A DNA stretch of 45,006 nt, taken from a virus. The stretch spans positions 1-45,006 of IMG/VR virus record IMGVR_UViG_3300025851_000003; one strand, given 5' to 3'. Shown piece by piece: positions 14,285-22,801 of this stretch. The notes beneath the pieces were generated by a model. The model ran no database searches and was not told the origin of the DNA. It saw nothing but the letters and a program-made list of their open reading frames with translations. Position numbers and translations under genes: made by a program. The stretch's first letter is position 1, and every line of letters starts with the position of its first letter.

Positions 14285-14310
14285 TTAACTTTTAAGAGGA
14301 TTGATTATGA
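14285..14310. repeat. 26-bp perfect direct repeat (copy 2)
   Basis: Identical to 13867-13892. Provides the SD and ATG for the ORF at 14307. Confidence 0.9.
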
Positions 14311-14474
14311 GTGATAAGATAACACAACTAAGTGATGCGATTGAAAAGAAACTGGCAATTGAGAGGGGAGGTTTACCGGAAAGCAAGAAGGAAAAACAGA
14401 TGAGGGAGATGTCAGCATTTTACTGGAGCAGGTTGATACCGAGCAACAAGTGCACGATGAAGTCGGGGAGTTAA
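14307..14474 (+). CDS. Small hypothetical protein (55 aa)
   Basis: Below the track cutoff. Its start lies inside the 26-bp repeat with AAGAGGA. Begins MSDKITQLS. Confidence 0.4.
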   Translation: MSDKITQLSDAIEKKLAIERGGLPESKKEKQMREMSAFYWSRLIPSNKCTMKSGS

Positions 14475-14602
14475 TGATGGTTGATAAGATAACGGAACTA
14501 ACTGTAGCGGTGCTTTGTATTATCGCTGCGTGGTCGCTCATAGTATCGCTGGTAATTCTGATCGTTGAACTTACTGCAAAAGGTACTGGCCTATGTACCT
14601 AG
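14474..14602 (+). CDS. Tiny membrane protein (42 aa)
   Basis: TAATG coupling, GGGGAG upstream. MMVDKITELT, then the hydrophobic helix VAVLCIIAAWSLIVSLVILIV. The N-terminus resembles that of the preceding ORF. Confidence 0.35.
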   Translation: MMVDKITELTVAVLCIIAAWSLIVSLVILIVELTAKGTGLCT

Positions 14603-16596
14603 TCTTTGATTGGGAAGCTAATGGCTTACTCGAAGAGGTTACTACTGCTCACTGCTTTGTTGGGATAGACGTAGGTAGTGGGGAGAAGTTTGAATCATAC
14701 ACTGGACAGGAGGATTGGATACAACGTAGTCTAGACTACATGGATACAGCAAAGGTATTGGTAGGACATAACATCATCGGTTATGATCTACCTATGCTTA
14801 AGAAGTTATACAACTGGAAGCCTAAGCCTGATGTACAGATAGTTGATACGTACATACAGAGCAGGACGCAGCATCCTGATAGACGCAGACCATTCAATAT
14901 GAAAGGTAAGGGTGGACCACATGGTCTTGATGCTTGGGGTTACAGAGTTGGTAGAGGTAAGCCATCGTATGATCAATGGGAAACATTCGACATGGAGATG
15001 TTACACCGTTGCTCAGAGGATGTAGCTATCAACGTACTAACCTATAAGAAGTTATGCGAGGAAGGTGGACAGGAGATACTAAACTTCTGGTGGTGTGGCG
15101 CACCATGGAACAAGTCGTTACGCTTAGAGCAGACGGTACAGACGTTCATCAATGAGATGGAGATCAATGGTTGTCCTGTTGATCAACCTCAGATGGAAGA
15201 ACGTATCGCTGACCTGACTGCTATGATGAATGAGATTGAGCGCGAGATCTTACCTGACATACCAAAGAAGATTAGTATGCACGGTGTCGTAGTTAGTAAG
15301 CCCTTCTTGAAGAATGGTGGTCTAGCTAAGATGACAACTGATTGGACTGATGAGGATGTAGGTGGCCCCTTCAGTCGTGTCAAGTTCACACCATTGAACC
15401 TTGGCTCAGAGAAACAAGTGAAGGAATACCTACTTAGTATTGGTTGGATACCTACTGAGTATAACTTCAAGAAGGTAACACAGATAGAACATGATGATCC
15501 ATCATCACCTTATCACGGTCAACCTGTTAAGAGAGAGGCCAAGGATAAGGATGGTAACAAGGTAAGGGCTGGCCCTAAGCTTACAGAGGACTCCTTCAAG
15601 TCGTTGAAGAGTGATGTCGGTAAGAAGATTGCTAGCTACTTACAACGTAGCCACCGTAGAAGCTTACTAGAGGGACTTGTTAAACGTATCCGACCAGACG
15701 GTAGGATATCACAAGGTATCACTGGTATCGCATCGACAGGACGCTACAAGCACACAGGTATTGTTAACATCCCAAGCACAGGATGGTATGGACATGAGAT
15801 TAGATCTTGTTTCGTATCACCTACTGGCTACAAGATGATCGGTACTGATGCAGCTTCATGTCAGTTACGTATGCTAGCTCATTACATGGGTGATGAGGAG
15901 TACATACGAACAGTATGTGAGGGTGAGGAAGCGATTGAACAACCAGATAAGACAGAGATCTACGTAGGTACTGATGTGCATACACGTAATGGACTGGCTG
16001 CTGGCTTGATTAATCCTGACTGGGTAGAACATTGTAAGGGTAAGTTCATACATGACCTTGCTCATGATGACATATATAATGTCCTCTCATACAACAGACG
16101 GTTAGCTAAGAACTTTATCTACGGTCTACTCTTTGGTGCTGGTGATCCTAAGATTGCTGATACCTTGGGTGTGACAGTACGTAAGGCTAAACAGATACGA
16201 GCTACCTTCATGGCTGGGTTGCCTGCACTAGCAGCGCTACTTGCTAAGCTTGATAAGGTATACAAAGAGAGAGGTTATGTTGTTGCACCTGATGGTCGTA
16301 AGCTATATGTACGCTCAGCACATATGATGCTAGTGTATCTCCTACAAGGAGCAGAGGCTACGTTCATGAAGGTTGCATGGTGTTACCTTAACAATGGTGT
16401 TGCGAAGGCTGGACTTGATGTTCAGAAGGTCATGTTTAATCATGATGAATTCCAAGACCTTGTTGCAGAGAAAGATGTTGATGCCTACATGGACATTGCG
16501 AAGGACGCATTCGTACGTGCTGGTGTTTACTTAAAGTTTAAATGTCCCACTGCTGGTGGCCCGAAGGTTGGGTTGTCATGGTATGAGACACACTAA
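14593..16596 (+). CDS. Family A DNA polymerase with 3-prime-5-prime exonuclease domain (T7 gp5-like)
   Basis: 667 aa. Exo motif LVFDWEANGL, motif A GTDAASCQLRMLAH, motif B RRLAKNFIYGLLFGAG, motif C NHDEFQ. Confidence 0.92.
   Translation: MYLVFDWEANGLLEEVTTAHCFVGIDVGSGEKFESYTGQEDWIQRSLDYMDTAKVLVGHNIIGYDLPMLKKLYNWKPKPDVQIVDTYIQSRTQHPDRRRPFNMKGKGGPHGLDAWGYRVGRGKPSYDQWETFDMEMLHRCSEDVAINVLTYKKLCEEGGQEILNFWWCGAPWNKSLRLEQTVQTFINEMEINGCPVDQPQMEERIADLTAMMNEIEREILPDIPKKISMHGVVVSKPFLKNGGLAKMTTDWTDEDVGGPFSRVKFTPLNLGSEKQVKEYLLSIGWIPTEYNFKKVTQIEHDDPSSPYHGQPVKREAKDKDGNKVRAGPKLTEDSFKSLKSDVGKKIASYLQRSHRRSLLEGLVKRIRPDGRISQGITGIASTGRYKHTGIVNIPSTGWYGHEIRSCFVSPTGYKMIGTDAASCQLRMLAHYMGDEEYIRTVCEGEEAIEQPDKTEIYVGTDVHTRNGLAAGLINPDWVEHCKGKFIHDLAHDDIYNVLSYNRRLAKNFIYGLLFGAGDPKIADTLGVTVRKAKQIRATFMAGLPALAALLAKLDKVYKERGYVVAPDGRKLYVRSAHMMLVYLLQGAEATFMKVAWCYLNNGVAKAGLDVQKVMFNHDEFQDLVAEKDVDAYMDIAKDAFVRAGVYLKFKCPTAGGPKVGLSWYETH
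14726..14739. repeat. Palindrome family, perfect copy
   Basis: Inside the DNA polymerase gene, read as R-S-L-D-Y-M. Confidence 0.85.
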
Positions 16597-16621
16597 GATT
16601 AATTATTGGAGAACAAATAAT

Positions 16622-17320
16622 ATGACTGCTACTAAATCTACTTACGTACCACCTGAAGCTCGTGAACATGAAGCTCGTTTCGTACACGTTGTATGTGCTG
16701 GTAAGCATACACCTAAGAACGATAAGTTCAACAAGGGTAGCACACCTCGGCTGTACATTACCTATGAGTTAGTTGATGAACAGAAAGAGGATGGTATGAA
16801 CAAGTGGTTGCAAGGTTTCAACTACCAACAACCAATGAATAACTACGGTGGTGAGCGAGGGGGTCGCTTCGATCTGCTGAATAAGATGGGCTTCTCATCT
16901 AATGAGGATGAGGATTTAAAGTCCTTACCTAACATGCAGTGCTGGGTTGGTGTGACACACAGTGAGTGGCAAGGTAAGACGTACGCTAACATGGGTACAC
17001 TTAATCGTTGTAGTCCACGTGACGGAGAGTTCGCACCATTACATAACCCTGCTGTCTTCTTTGATGCATACAACCCAGTGGTTGAGGATTGGAACAACCT
17101 TCCTAAATGGATTAAAGACTACTGCTTAGAAGCAGATGATGCAGATGAAACAGGTATTAAGGAGTTCGCAGATGAAGCACGTAAATCTTACAAGCCAACG
17201 GATGACACAGGATCAATGCAATCAGTACAGGGAGCGGCTAGCGGAGCGGTTAGCGGGTCAGGCAAAGCAGCACCCGCAGCTGTGGCCGGAGATGACGATG
17301 ACGAAGACGTCCCATTCTAG
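16622..17320 (+). CDS. Single-stranded DNA-binding protein candidate (acidic C-terminal tail)
   Basis: 232 aa from ATG 16622 (GGAG upstream). Ends in GDDDDEDVPF, the acidic-tail-plus-Phe pattern of bacterial SSB and T7 gp2.5. Position between polymerase and exonuclease supports the call. Confidence 0.65.
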   Translation: MTATKSTYVPPEAREHEARFVHVVCAGKHTPKNDKFNKGSTPRLYITYELVDEQKEDGMNKWLQGFNYQQPMNNYGGERGGRFDLLNKMGFSSNEDEDLKSLPNMQCWVGVTHSEWQGKTYANMGTLNRCSPRDGEFAPLHNPAVFFDAYNPVVEDWNNLPKWIKDYCLEADDADETGIKEFADEARKSYKPTDDTGSMQSVQGAASGAVSGSGKAAPAAVAGDDDDEDVPF

Positions 17321-17351
17321 TCTTAACCCTGAACCTTGGAAGGAGACTAAC

Positions 17352-17570
17352 ATGTCTAACAAAGCATTAGATACACAGGTAGGGGGTGCTCATTACCAGC
17401 TACCTATCCAGCCTGTTGATTACATCGTAAAGAATAGCTTATCATTCTTACAGGGTAACGTAGTTAAATATGTTACTCGTTACAAAGATAAGAATGGTAA
17501 GGAAGACTTGATCAAGGCTAAGCATTACCTTGACATGATAATTGAATTTGAATATGGAGATACTAAATGA
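17352..17570 (+). CDS. DUF3310-like small phage protein (72 aa)
   Basis: Start moved to ATG 17352 (GGAGAC upstream). VGGAHYQ...IQPVDYI...GNVVKYVTRYK.K....DL.KAKHYL is the DUF3310 pattern as I remember it. Confidence 0.65.
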   Translation: MSNKALDTQVGGAHYQLPIQPVDYIVKNSLSFLQGNVVKYVTRYKDKNGKEDLIKAKHYLDMIIEFEYGDTK

Positions 17571-17812
17571 TATTAGTTAAAGATATGAAGTACTTTGCAG
17601 TGTACCTACTAGAGTCTGATGATTACGAGGGCTACGAGGATGACATTAACTACGTACTGATTAACAAGGAGTATGACACGGTAGACTATCAAGACGCCTC
17701 AGAGGTACGCTGTCGTAGCAATGGTCAACTCTTTGATGCTGAGAAGCAACGCCTTGTTGACTTGGAAGCGCAAGCTAAGGAGTTATCTGATGAGCACAAT
17801 GTCATCCATTAG
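17567..17812 (+). CDS. Hypothetical acidic protein (81 aa)
   Basis: ORF track. ATGA coupling. Confidence 0.6.
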   Translation: MILVKDMKYFAVYLLESDDYEGYEDDINYVLINKEYDTVDYQDASEVRCRSNGQLFDAEKQRLVDLEAQAKELSDEHNVIH

Positions 17813-18002
17813 ACCACGGTATGTACAGATGGGTAGCACAGGGCGTTATGCCCTCTACCCTGTGAGTGTGGACAGTGATGATCTATGTCCTGCTACATTC
17901 ACCTTTGATAACATTGATATAGAGAAGGTCAAGGAGGAGTACAACGCTAACGAGGCTCGCATGGATGTAGAGGAGGCAGCCGCTGATGAAAGCACTGATT
18001 GA
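17790..18002 (+). CDS. Hypothetical protein (70 aa)
   Basis: Frame of track ORF 17721-18002. I prefer ATG 17790 because AAGGAG lies 8 nt upstream. Confidence 0.55.
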   Translation: MSTMSSIRPRYVQMGSTGRYALYPVSVDSDDLCPATFTFDNIDIEKVKEEYNANEARMDVEEAAADESTD

Positions 18003-18825
18003 TGCGGACATCCTCTGCTATGAGATAGGCTTTGTTACTGAGCAAGTAACCTTCTCTTATAAGGGGAAGCATTACGGCACAATCACAGAGGCTAAGGCTC
18101 ATGTAGTCGGACTACAAACGGATGATCTTGAACGTCATGTACATCCAGATCCTGCTCACTTAGCTAAGAAGATGATTGACACACGGATAGCAGGTATACT
18201 CAAGGCAGTGGGAGCAACAAGTTATAAGTGCTTCTTAACTGGTAAGGGTAACTTCCGTAATGAGACAGCTACTATCCTTAAGTATAAGGGTACACGCCAC
18301 TCACCTAAGCCTTACCACTATCAAACGATATGGGATTACTTGGTAGCTAAGTATGATGCCACTGTCATTGAGGGATACGAAGCTGATGATGCTATATCAA
18401 TAGCTCAGTACCAAGGTGATGGCGACACAGTGATCTGCTCACGGGACAAGGACTTAAGGATGGTACGTGGCTACCATTACTCATGGAAGTGTGGTGATAG
18501 ACAGCCTGAGAAGCCCCTGTATACTATATCAGAGTTCGAGGGATCATACAACTGGGCATATCAGATGCTGGTGGGTGATACAGTGGACAACATATGGGGT
18601 GTACCGGGGATTGGGCCTAAGAAGGCTAAGGGAATACTTGAAGCATGTGCTACATACGCTGAGTTAAAGGCAGCAGTCATGGCTACATACTTAAAGGTGT
18701 TCGGAGATGAACCTATTAACTATCAATCATGGGATGGCAAGTGGTTAACTACTACCTACAAGGGCATAGCTAAGGAGAACCACCACCTACTATGGATGAT
18801 GAGAGATGTTAAGGAGATACCATGA
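17986..18825 (+). CDS. 5-prime-3-prime exonuclease / flap endonuclease (FEN, PIN plus H3TH)
   Basis: 279 aa. Acidic-cluster motifs DADILCYE, GYEADD and SRDKDL, plus the H3TH-like GDTVDNIWGVPGIGPKKAK. Confidence 0.8.
   Translation: MKALIDADILCYEIGFVTEQVTFSYKGKHYGTITEAKAHVVGLQTDDLERHVHPDPAHLAKKMIDTRIAGILKAVGATSYKCFLTGKGNFRNETATILKYKGTRHSPKPYHYQTIWDYLVAKYDATVIEGYEADDAISIAQYQGDGDTVICSRDKDLRMVRGYHYSWKCGDRQPEKPLYTISEFEGSYNWAYQMLVGDTVDNIWGVPGIGPKKAKGILEACATYAELKAAVMATYLKVFGDEPINYQSWDGKWLTTTYKGIAKENHHLLWMMRDVKEIP
18103..18115. repeat. Palindrome family, 13-nt variant GTAGTCGGACTAC (flanked T...A)
   Basis: Inside the FEN gene in the GTA GTC frame. The shortened centre removes the TAG. Confidence 0.7.
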
Positions 18826-19001
18826 AGCACACTATAATGAGTGTTAACACAGACAGAGATGGTGTTGAGACACACACCGTTGAGATGGAGTACAGGACAC
18901 ACGATGCAGCAGAGAGGATAATCACATTGATGCGTGATCAGGAGGAAATACGGAAGAAGGGTAATAAGTATTACATGATAGAATCAGGGGGTCGGTCATG
19001 A
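18822..19001 (+). CDS. Small hypothetical protein (59 aa)
   Basis: Just below the track cutoff. AAGGAG upstream. ATGA coupling at both ends. Confidence 0.45.
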   Translation: MKHTIMSVNTDRDGVETHTVEMEYRTHDAAERIITLMRDQEEIRKKGNKYYMIESGGRS

Positions 19002-19348
19002 TAGTAGTACCAGTTAAACCCATGTCACAGAACAAGGCGTACCTTGGACGTAAGACAAAGAGTAAGGACTACAGGTTGTATACGGGCAACATCGTTGACA
19101 TCCTACCACCTTATGACATCCCAGAGGGAGAGCTAGACTTAAAAGTAAACGTATACTACAGTAATAGAGCAGCTGACATAGACAACTGCTTGAAACCATT
19201 CATCGACATCTTACAATTCCACTATGGCTTCAACGATAACAAGATATATCACCTAGATGTGACCAAGTTGATCGTGCCCAAGGGACAGGAAAAGTTAGAG
19301 TTCGAATTCAAACCATATATAGCAGCAGAGGTACAGCCTAATGCGTAA
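18998..19348 (+). CDS. RusA-like Holliday junction resolvase
   Basis: 116 aa. Size and the AADIDNCLKPFIDIL acidic motif fit the RusA family. Located in the replication/recombination block. Confidence 0.6.
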   Translation: MIVVPVKPMSQNKAYLGRKTKSKDYRLYTGNIVDILPPYDIPEGELDLKVNVYYSNRAADIDNCLKPFIDILQFHYGFNDNKIYHLDVTKLIVPKGQEKLEFEFKPYIAAEVQPNA

Positions 19349-20108
19349 CCAAGACATCATCGTAATCGCAGACACACAAGTAGATAACGATAGCCCTACT
19401 GAGCACCTCGATGCACTGAGTCGCTTCATCTGGGAGAAGAAGGCAGCACACATCGTACACATCGGAGATCATTGGGACTTCGGCTCACTATCTACCTATG
19501 CTAGTAAGCAGGAGCAAGAGGGTGCTCGCTTATACGATGACCTTGAGGGTGGATTCTCTGCATTCAAGAAGATCATGGCAGAAACTAAGTTACGTAATAA
19601 GATTGGCAAGAAGAAGAAGTATAACCCTAACAAACACTTCCTTATGGGCAACCATGAGAATCGATTAGCTCGTTACATCGCTGCTAACCCTGTATTAGAG
19701 GGATGCTTCGACATTGAGAAGTGGGTACGCAATGAGGGATGGCAAGTCAAGGGTATGAATGATCCACTATGGATTAATGAGGTGTGCTTCAGCCATTACA
19801 TGGAGTCTGCTCAATCAGGACGTGCAGTAGGTGGTAGTATGGAGAACAAGTTGAACAAGTTCCCTCACTCATTCGTACATGGACACCAACAGCAGTATCA
19901 GTACGCATCTAGACAGAACTTGAAGGGTGAGCCACACTTTGGTATCTGTGCTGGTTCCTTCTACCTACATGATGAGGCATACCGTGGTGCTAACAACACA
20001 GAGAAGCGAGGCTTTGTTTACATGAAGGCTTACACTAACCGATACGGGTATCTGGACTATGACACAGAGTTCGTAGCACTTGAACGCTTACTTGAGCAGT
20101 GGGGATGA
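19341..20108 (+). CDS. Calcineurin-like metallophosphoesterase
   Basis: 255 aa. Motifs IVIADTQVD, HIGDHWD (GDxxD) and MGNHENR (GNHE). Confidence 0.75.
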   Translation: MRNQDIIVIADTQVDNDSPTEHLDALSRFIWEKKAAHIVHIGDHWDFGSLSTYASKQEQEGARLYDDLEGGFSAFKKIMAETKLRNKIGKKKKYNPNKHFLMGNHENRLARYIAANPVLEGCFDIEKWVRNEGWQVKGMNDPLWINEVCFSHYMESAQSGRAVGGSMENKLNKFPHSFVHGHQQQYQYASRQNLKGEPHFGICAGSFYLHDEAYRGANNTEKRGFVYMKAYTNRYGYLDYDTEFVALERLLEQWG

Positions 20109-20109
20109 T

Positions 20110-20325
20110 ATGACTACAACAGCAGGAGATGTGTACTGGCAGGTGATATCATTCACAGACCCAACACTGGTACACTGTCGAGTGATAGCTAAGAGCGCTG
20201 AGTTAGCTGTCGAACAAGCATGTCGCTTCACCGAGTGGGAACCTTCCGAGTGCAGGGCACACGAGATAGAGTTCAACAAGGATGGTGTGATGTGTATGAA
20301 AGAAACAGGAGAGAAAGCACTATGA
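20110..20325 (+). CDS. Hypothetical protein (71 aa)
   Basis: Frame of track ORF 20080-20325. ATG 20110 follows the upstream stop by 1 nt. Confidence 0.6.
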   Translation: MTTTAGDVYWQVISFTDPTLVHCRVIAKSAELAVEQACRFTEWEPSECRAHEIEFNKDGVMCMKETGEKAL

Positions 20326-20552
20326 GTAGATTATTATACGTAGATGACACACTAACTCACTTCGAGAATGTGTTAGCAAACAATGTAGCAACCATGTTTA
20401 TCAACACAGTAGAGGATAACGGTGGTTTCGAGAGTAGTGAGGCTAAGGCAGCAGGTAGTGCTTACCTTACCACTAACTGGAAGGGTGAGAACAAGATGTT
20501 AGCACCTTATGTTCAAGCAATTATGGAGAGTCGTGGTTATGAGAAACAATGA
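20322..20552 (+). CDS. Hypothetical protein (76 aa)
   Basis: Frame of track ORF 20220-20552. ATG 20322 has AGGAGAGAAAG upstream and an ATGA overlap. Confidence 0.6.
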   Translation: MSRLLYVDDTLTHFENVLANNVATMFINTVEDNGGFESSEAKAAGSAYLTTNWKGENKMLAPYVQAIMESRGYEKQ

Positions 20553-21213
20553 GAGCGAGTTTAGGTTAGTACAGTTAGCAGCAGCAGCTATAATGGGTCT
20601 TGCCCTTGGCTTAGGGCTAGGATCAGGACTAATAAGCAGCACCCCACCAGCACCCATACAGGAGATTACAGAGGATGAAAGCATACACGTACAAGAGGGA
20701 GTGGTCAGCTCACAGGAGGATACGCGAAGCGAGGTCGAAGCTAGTGGTGGAGTTATCGCAGAGTCGGTCAAACGAGCAGAAACTTTTGAGGGATTTGAAG
20801 GAGAGGTGTATGAACTTAACGGTTTGTGCCATATTGGTTACGGTCACCTTACTGAATGTAGTAACCCAGCAATTCTTAGTATGACAGAGGCTAATGAACT
20901 GTTGTATAGTGATTTAGTTGCCACATATGACCAGTTAGATGCAGTGATTCAAGACTTTGATAAGGTACATCCCAACATTCAGGTAGTATTACTGGATATG
21001 GGGCTTAACATGGGGGTAGCAGGACTTCTGAAGTTCGAGGATATGTTCTATGCCTTCTCTCAGAACGATCTATGGGGTGCAATGATGGCTATTGAGGACA
21101 GTCTGTACTTTGAACAGGTTAATAGCAGAGCAGAGGCTAACATTGATATGTTATACGTACTCTTACAGCTTCAACAAGAAGCAGCCAATCAACCACCAGC
21201 GGTGTCTTTCTAA
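20539..21213 (+). CDS. Endolysin: GH24 (T4-type) lysozyme domain behind an N-terminal membrane anchor (SAR-like)
   Basis: 224 aa from ATG 20539 (GGAGAG upstream). Hydrophobic LVQLAAAAIMGLALGLGLGSGLI. Catalytic-region pattern FEGFEGEVYELNGLCHIGYGHL, compared with T4 E...Y.D..G..TIGIGH. Confidence 0.75.
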   Translation: MRNNESEFRLVQLAAAAIMGLALGLGLGSGLISSTPPAPIQEITEDESIHVQEGVVSSQEDTRSEVEASGGVIAESVKRAETFEGFEGEVYELNGLCHIGYGHLTECSNPAILSMTEANELLYSDLVATYDQLDAVIQDFDKVHPNIQVVLLDMGLNMGVAGLLKFEDMFYAFSQNDLWGAMMAIEDSLYFEQVNSRAEANIDMLYVLLQLQQEAANQPPAVSF

Positions 21214-21707
21214 TGAGTAAGAAATATAAGGGTTGTGGTGTACTAGATGAGTTTACTGGGTGTATCATTACACCTGAGTCTCTACTAGATAGGGTAACTA
21301 AGGGGAAGAAGCACTTCTACTTGAATAAGTCTGTGACTGTAGGTATATGGCACAGGTACAAGGGTAAGGATGTTGAGGAGTTCATCACCATACCTTCTTC
21401 GTACAGTTGGGACGGGGCTAGTATCCCCTCTCTCTTCACTTGGTTGATAGGTGAGAAGTTAGCACCTGAGTTTGCATTAGCTAGCATGGTACATGACTTC
21501 TTGTATGAGAGATTGTATCATAAGCCTACAGCAGACGCTATCTTCTTTGATTTGCTACAGGATACGAAGTTTAGGGACATACCACCTTGGAAAGAGAAGT
21601 GTATGTTCGCAGCAGTAACACTATTCGGAGGTAAGGATTACCCTATCTCTGCTAAACATAAGAGTTGGAGGGATAATCGTTGCAAGATAGTAAAGTCGGT
21701 CGTTTAA
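21213..21707 (+). CDS. DUF1353-like protein (164 aa)
   Basis: SYSWDGASIPS...ASMVHDFLY matches the DUF1353 signature as I remember it. Confidence 0.55.
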   Translation: MSKKYKGCGVLDEFTGCIITPESLLDRVTKGKKHFYLNKSVTVGIWHRYKGKDVEEFITIPSSYSWDGASIPSLFTWLIGEKLAPEFALASMVHDFLYERLYHKPTADAIFFDLLQDTKFRDIPPWKEKCMFAAVTLFGGKDYPISAKHKSWRDNRCKIVKSVV

Positions 21708-21724
21708 TATGGAGGGCAGAACCA

Positions 21725-21883
21725 ATGCCGCATATGTATGGCAGCTATGTGAAGCTGAACGTATACGGTACGAACAAGATGGTAGCTTGCTTTGTTATGG
21801 ACTATGAGGTTAAGGGACACCCTGAACGGATGGTTCCCCATATCCAAGACCTACTTGACAAGGTAAATCAATTAATGTATTGA
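21725..21883 (+). CDS. Small hypothetical protein (52 aa)
   Basis: Frame of track ORF 21680-21883, which starts at a TTG. ATG 21725 has GGAGGG 7 nt upstream. Confidence 0.4.
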   Translation: MPHMYGSYVKLNVYGTNKMVACFVMDYEVKGHPERMVPHIQDLLDKVNQLMY

Positions 21884-21893
21884 GGTAATAAAC

Positions 21894-22325
21894 ATGACTA
21901 CGATAGCATACAGTTACAAGATGGGCCTAGTTGCTTACGATTCACGTGCAACAGGTGGTTCTTATATCTATACGGATAGTATGGAGAAGAAGATCAAAGT
22001 TGATGGGGTTACATTCTTATTAGCTGGTCAATGTTCTGACAGAGAGGAGACAGTAGCTGCATACTTCACAGAGGATCGGGAGATTCGAGAAGATATTGTG
22101 GTTAATGCTTTCGCTATTGTCCATAAAGAGAAGAAGGTTTACATGTTAACAGCAGAGGATGGTAAGATGTCTGTCACTGAGATGGATCATGATACATGTG
22201 CAGGGTCAGGAGGACATTACGCTATTACAGCATTGGATTGTGGGCTAACACCCAAGGAGGCTATCAAGATGGCAGCTAAACGAGATGCTTGTACAGGTGG
22301 GAAGATTCGGCAGGTGAAGGTGTGA
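21894..22325 (+). CDS. HslV/proteasome beta-like Ntn threonine peptidase (short form, 143 aa)
   Basis: Begins MTTIAY, giving Thr1 after Met removal. Has an AYDSRAT Asp, a MEKKIKV Lys and a CAGSGGHYAITAL GSGG motif in the order and spacing seen in HslV (TTIV..GDGQ..KKV..GSGG.YA). Confidence 0.7.
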   Translation: MTTIAYSYKMGLVAYDSRATGGSYIYTDSMEKKIKVDGVTFLLAGQCSDREETVAAYFTEDREIREDIVVNAFAIVHKEKKVYMLTAEDGKMSVTEMDHDTCAGSGGHYAITALDCGLTPKEAIKMAAKRDACTGGKIRQVKV

Positions 22326-22326
22326 T

Positions 22327-22500
22327 ATGTATATAGCCATACCACTACTAATCATTCTAGTTACATGTTTCGTTGCAACTTTATGTTACTTGGAGATGGC
22401 ACACAGGGAGAACTTAATGTTATTAAAGATGATTGGTGATTTAGGAGCTCAGAACGAGCAAGGAGGTGGTTGTATCTGCGTAGGCCCACGCATTGGGTAG
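22327..22500 (+). CDS. Small membrane protein (57 aa), holin or lysis-accessory candidate
   Basis: Below the track cutoff. GAAGGTG upstream. N-terminal helix YIAIPLLIILVTCFVATLCYL. Last gene of the plus arm. Confidence 0.45.
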   Translation: MYIAIPLLIILVTCFVATLCYLEMAHRENLMLLKMIGDLGAQNEQGGGCICVGPRIG

Positions 22501-22512
22501 AGTTAAAACACA

Positions 22513-22548
22513 GGGGAGGTAGGCATTGCGCTTACTTCCCCTTTTTTT
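22513..22548 (+). terminator. Rho-independent terminator between the convergent arms
   Basis: GGGGAGGTAGGC (22513-22524), loop ATTGC, GCTTACTTCCCC (22530-22541). This gives a 12-bp stem with two G-U pairs, followed by TTTTTTT (22542-22548). The reverse strand has only a weaker U-rich trail. Confidence 0.75.
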
Positions 22549-22552
22549 GTGC

Positions 22553-22801
22553 CTAGAATAAACGTTCTAACATACGTAGTACTACATCTGAGTTCATCCC
22601 TAGCATCCCTGCACCTCCTGCCACTAACCACTTAAAGCCCATCACGACAGTCCTTGTCATGCTCATAGTGTCGGTCAATGTATCGACCTTGTCCCCTAGC
22701 TTATCTACTTTTTCATCTATATCTTCTACCTTTTTATCTAGCATATCGAGTTTCCCTTTTACATAACCTAACTCGGCTGTATTATTGTCTGTCTGACTCA
22801 T
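22553..22801 (-). CDS. Small coiled-coil protein with C-terminal membrane segment (82 aa), XhlA/holin-like architecture
   Basis: ORF track. N-terminal heptad-like KLDMLDKKVEDIDEKVDKLGDKVDTL. C-terminal VVMGFKWLVAGGAGMLG. Confidence 0.55.
   Translation of the reverse strand: MSQTDNNTAELGYVKGKLDMLDKKVEDIDEKVDKLGDKVDTLTDTMSMTRTVVMGFKWLVAGGAGMLGMNSDVVLRMLERLF

Noticed and set aside
17136-17351. N-terminal extension of the DUF3310-like ORF (track start 17136), and the track starts 16556, 7145, 11713, 13883, 1823, 20509, 21680, 11266, 17721, 20080, 20220 and 3079
   Set aside because: These upstream starts are alternative codons, lack an SD, or overlap the preceding gene extensively. In each case an internal ATG with a proper purine-rich SD and tight coupling to the upstream stop fits better.
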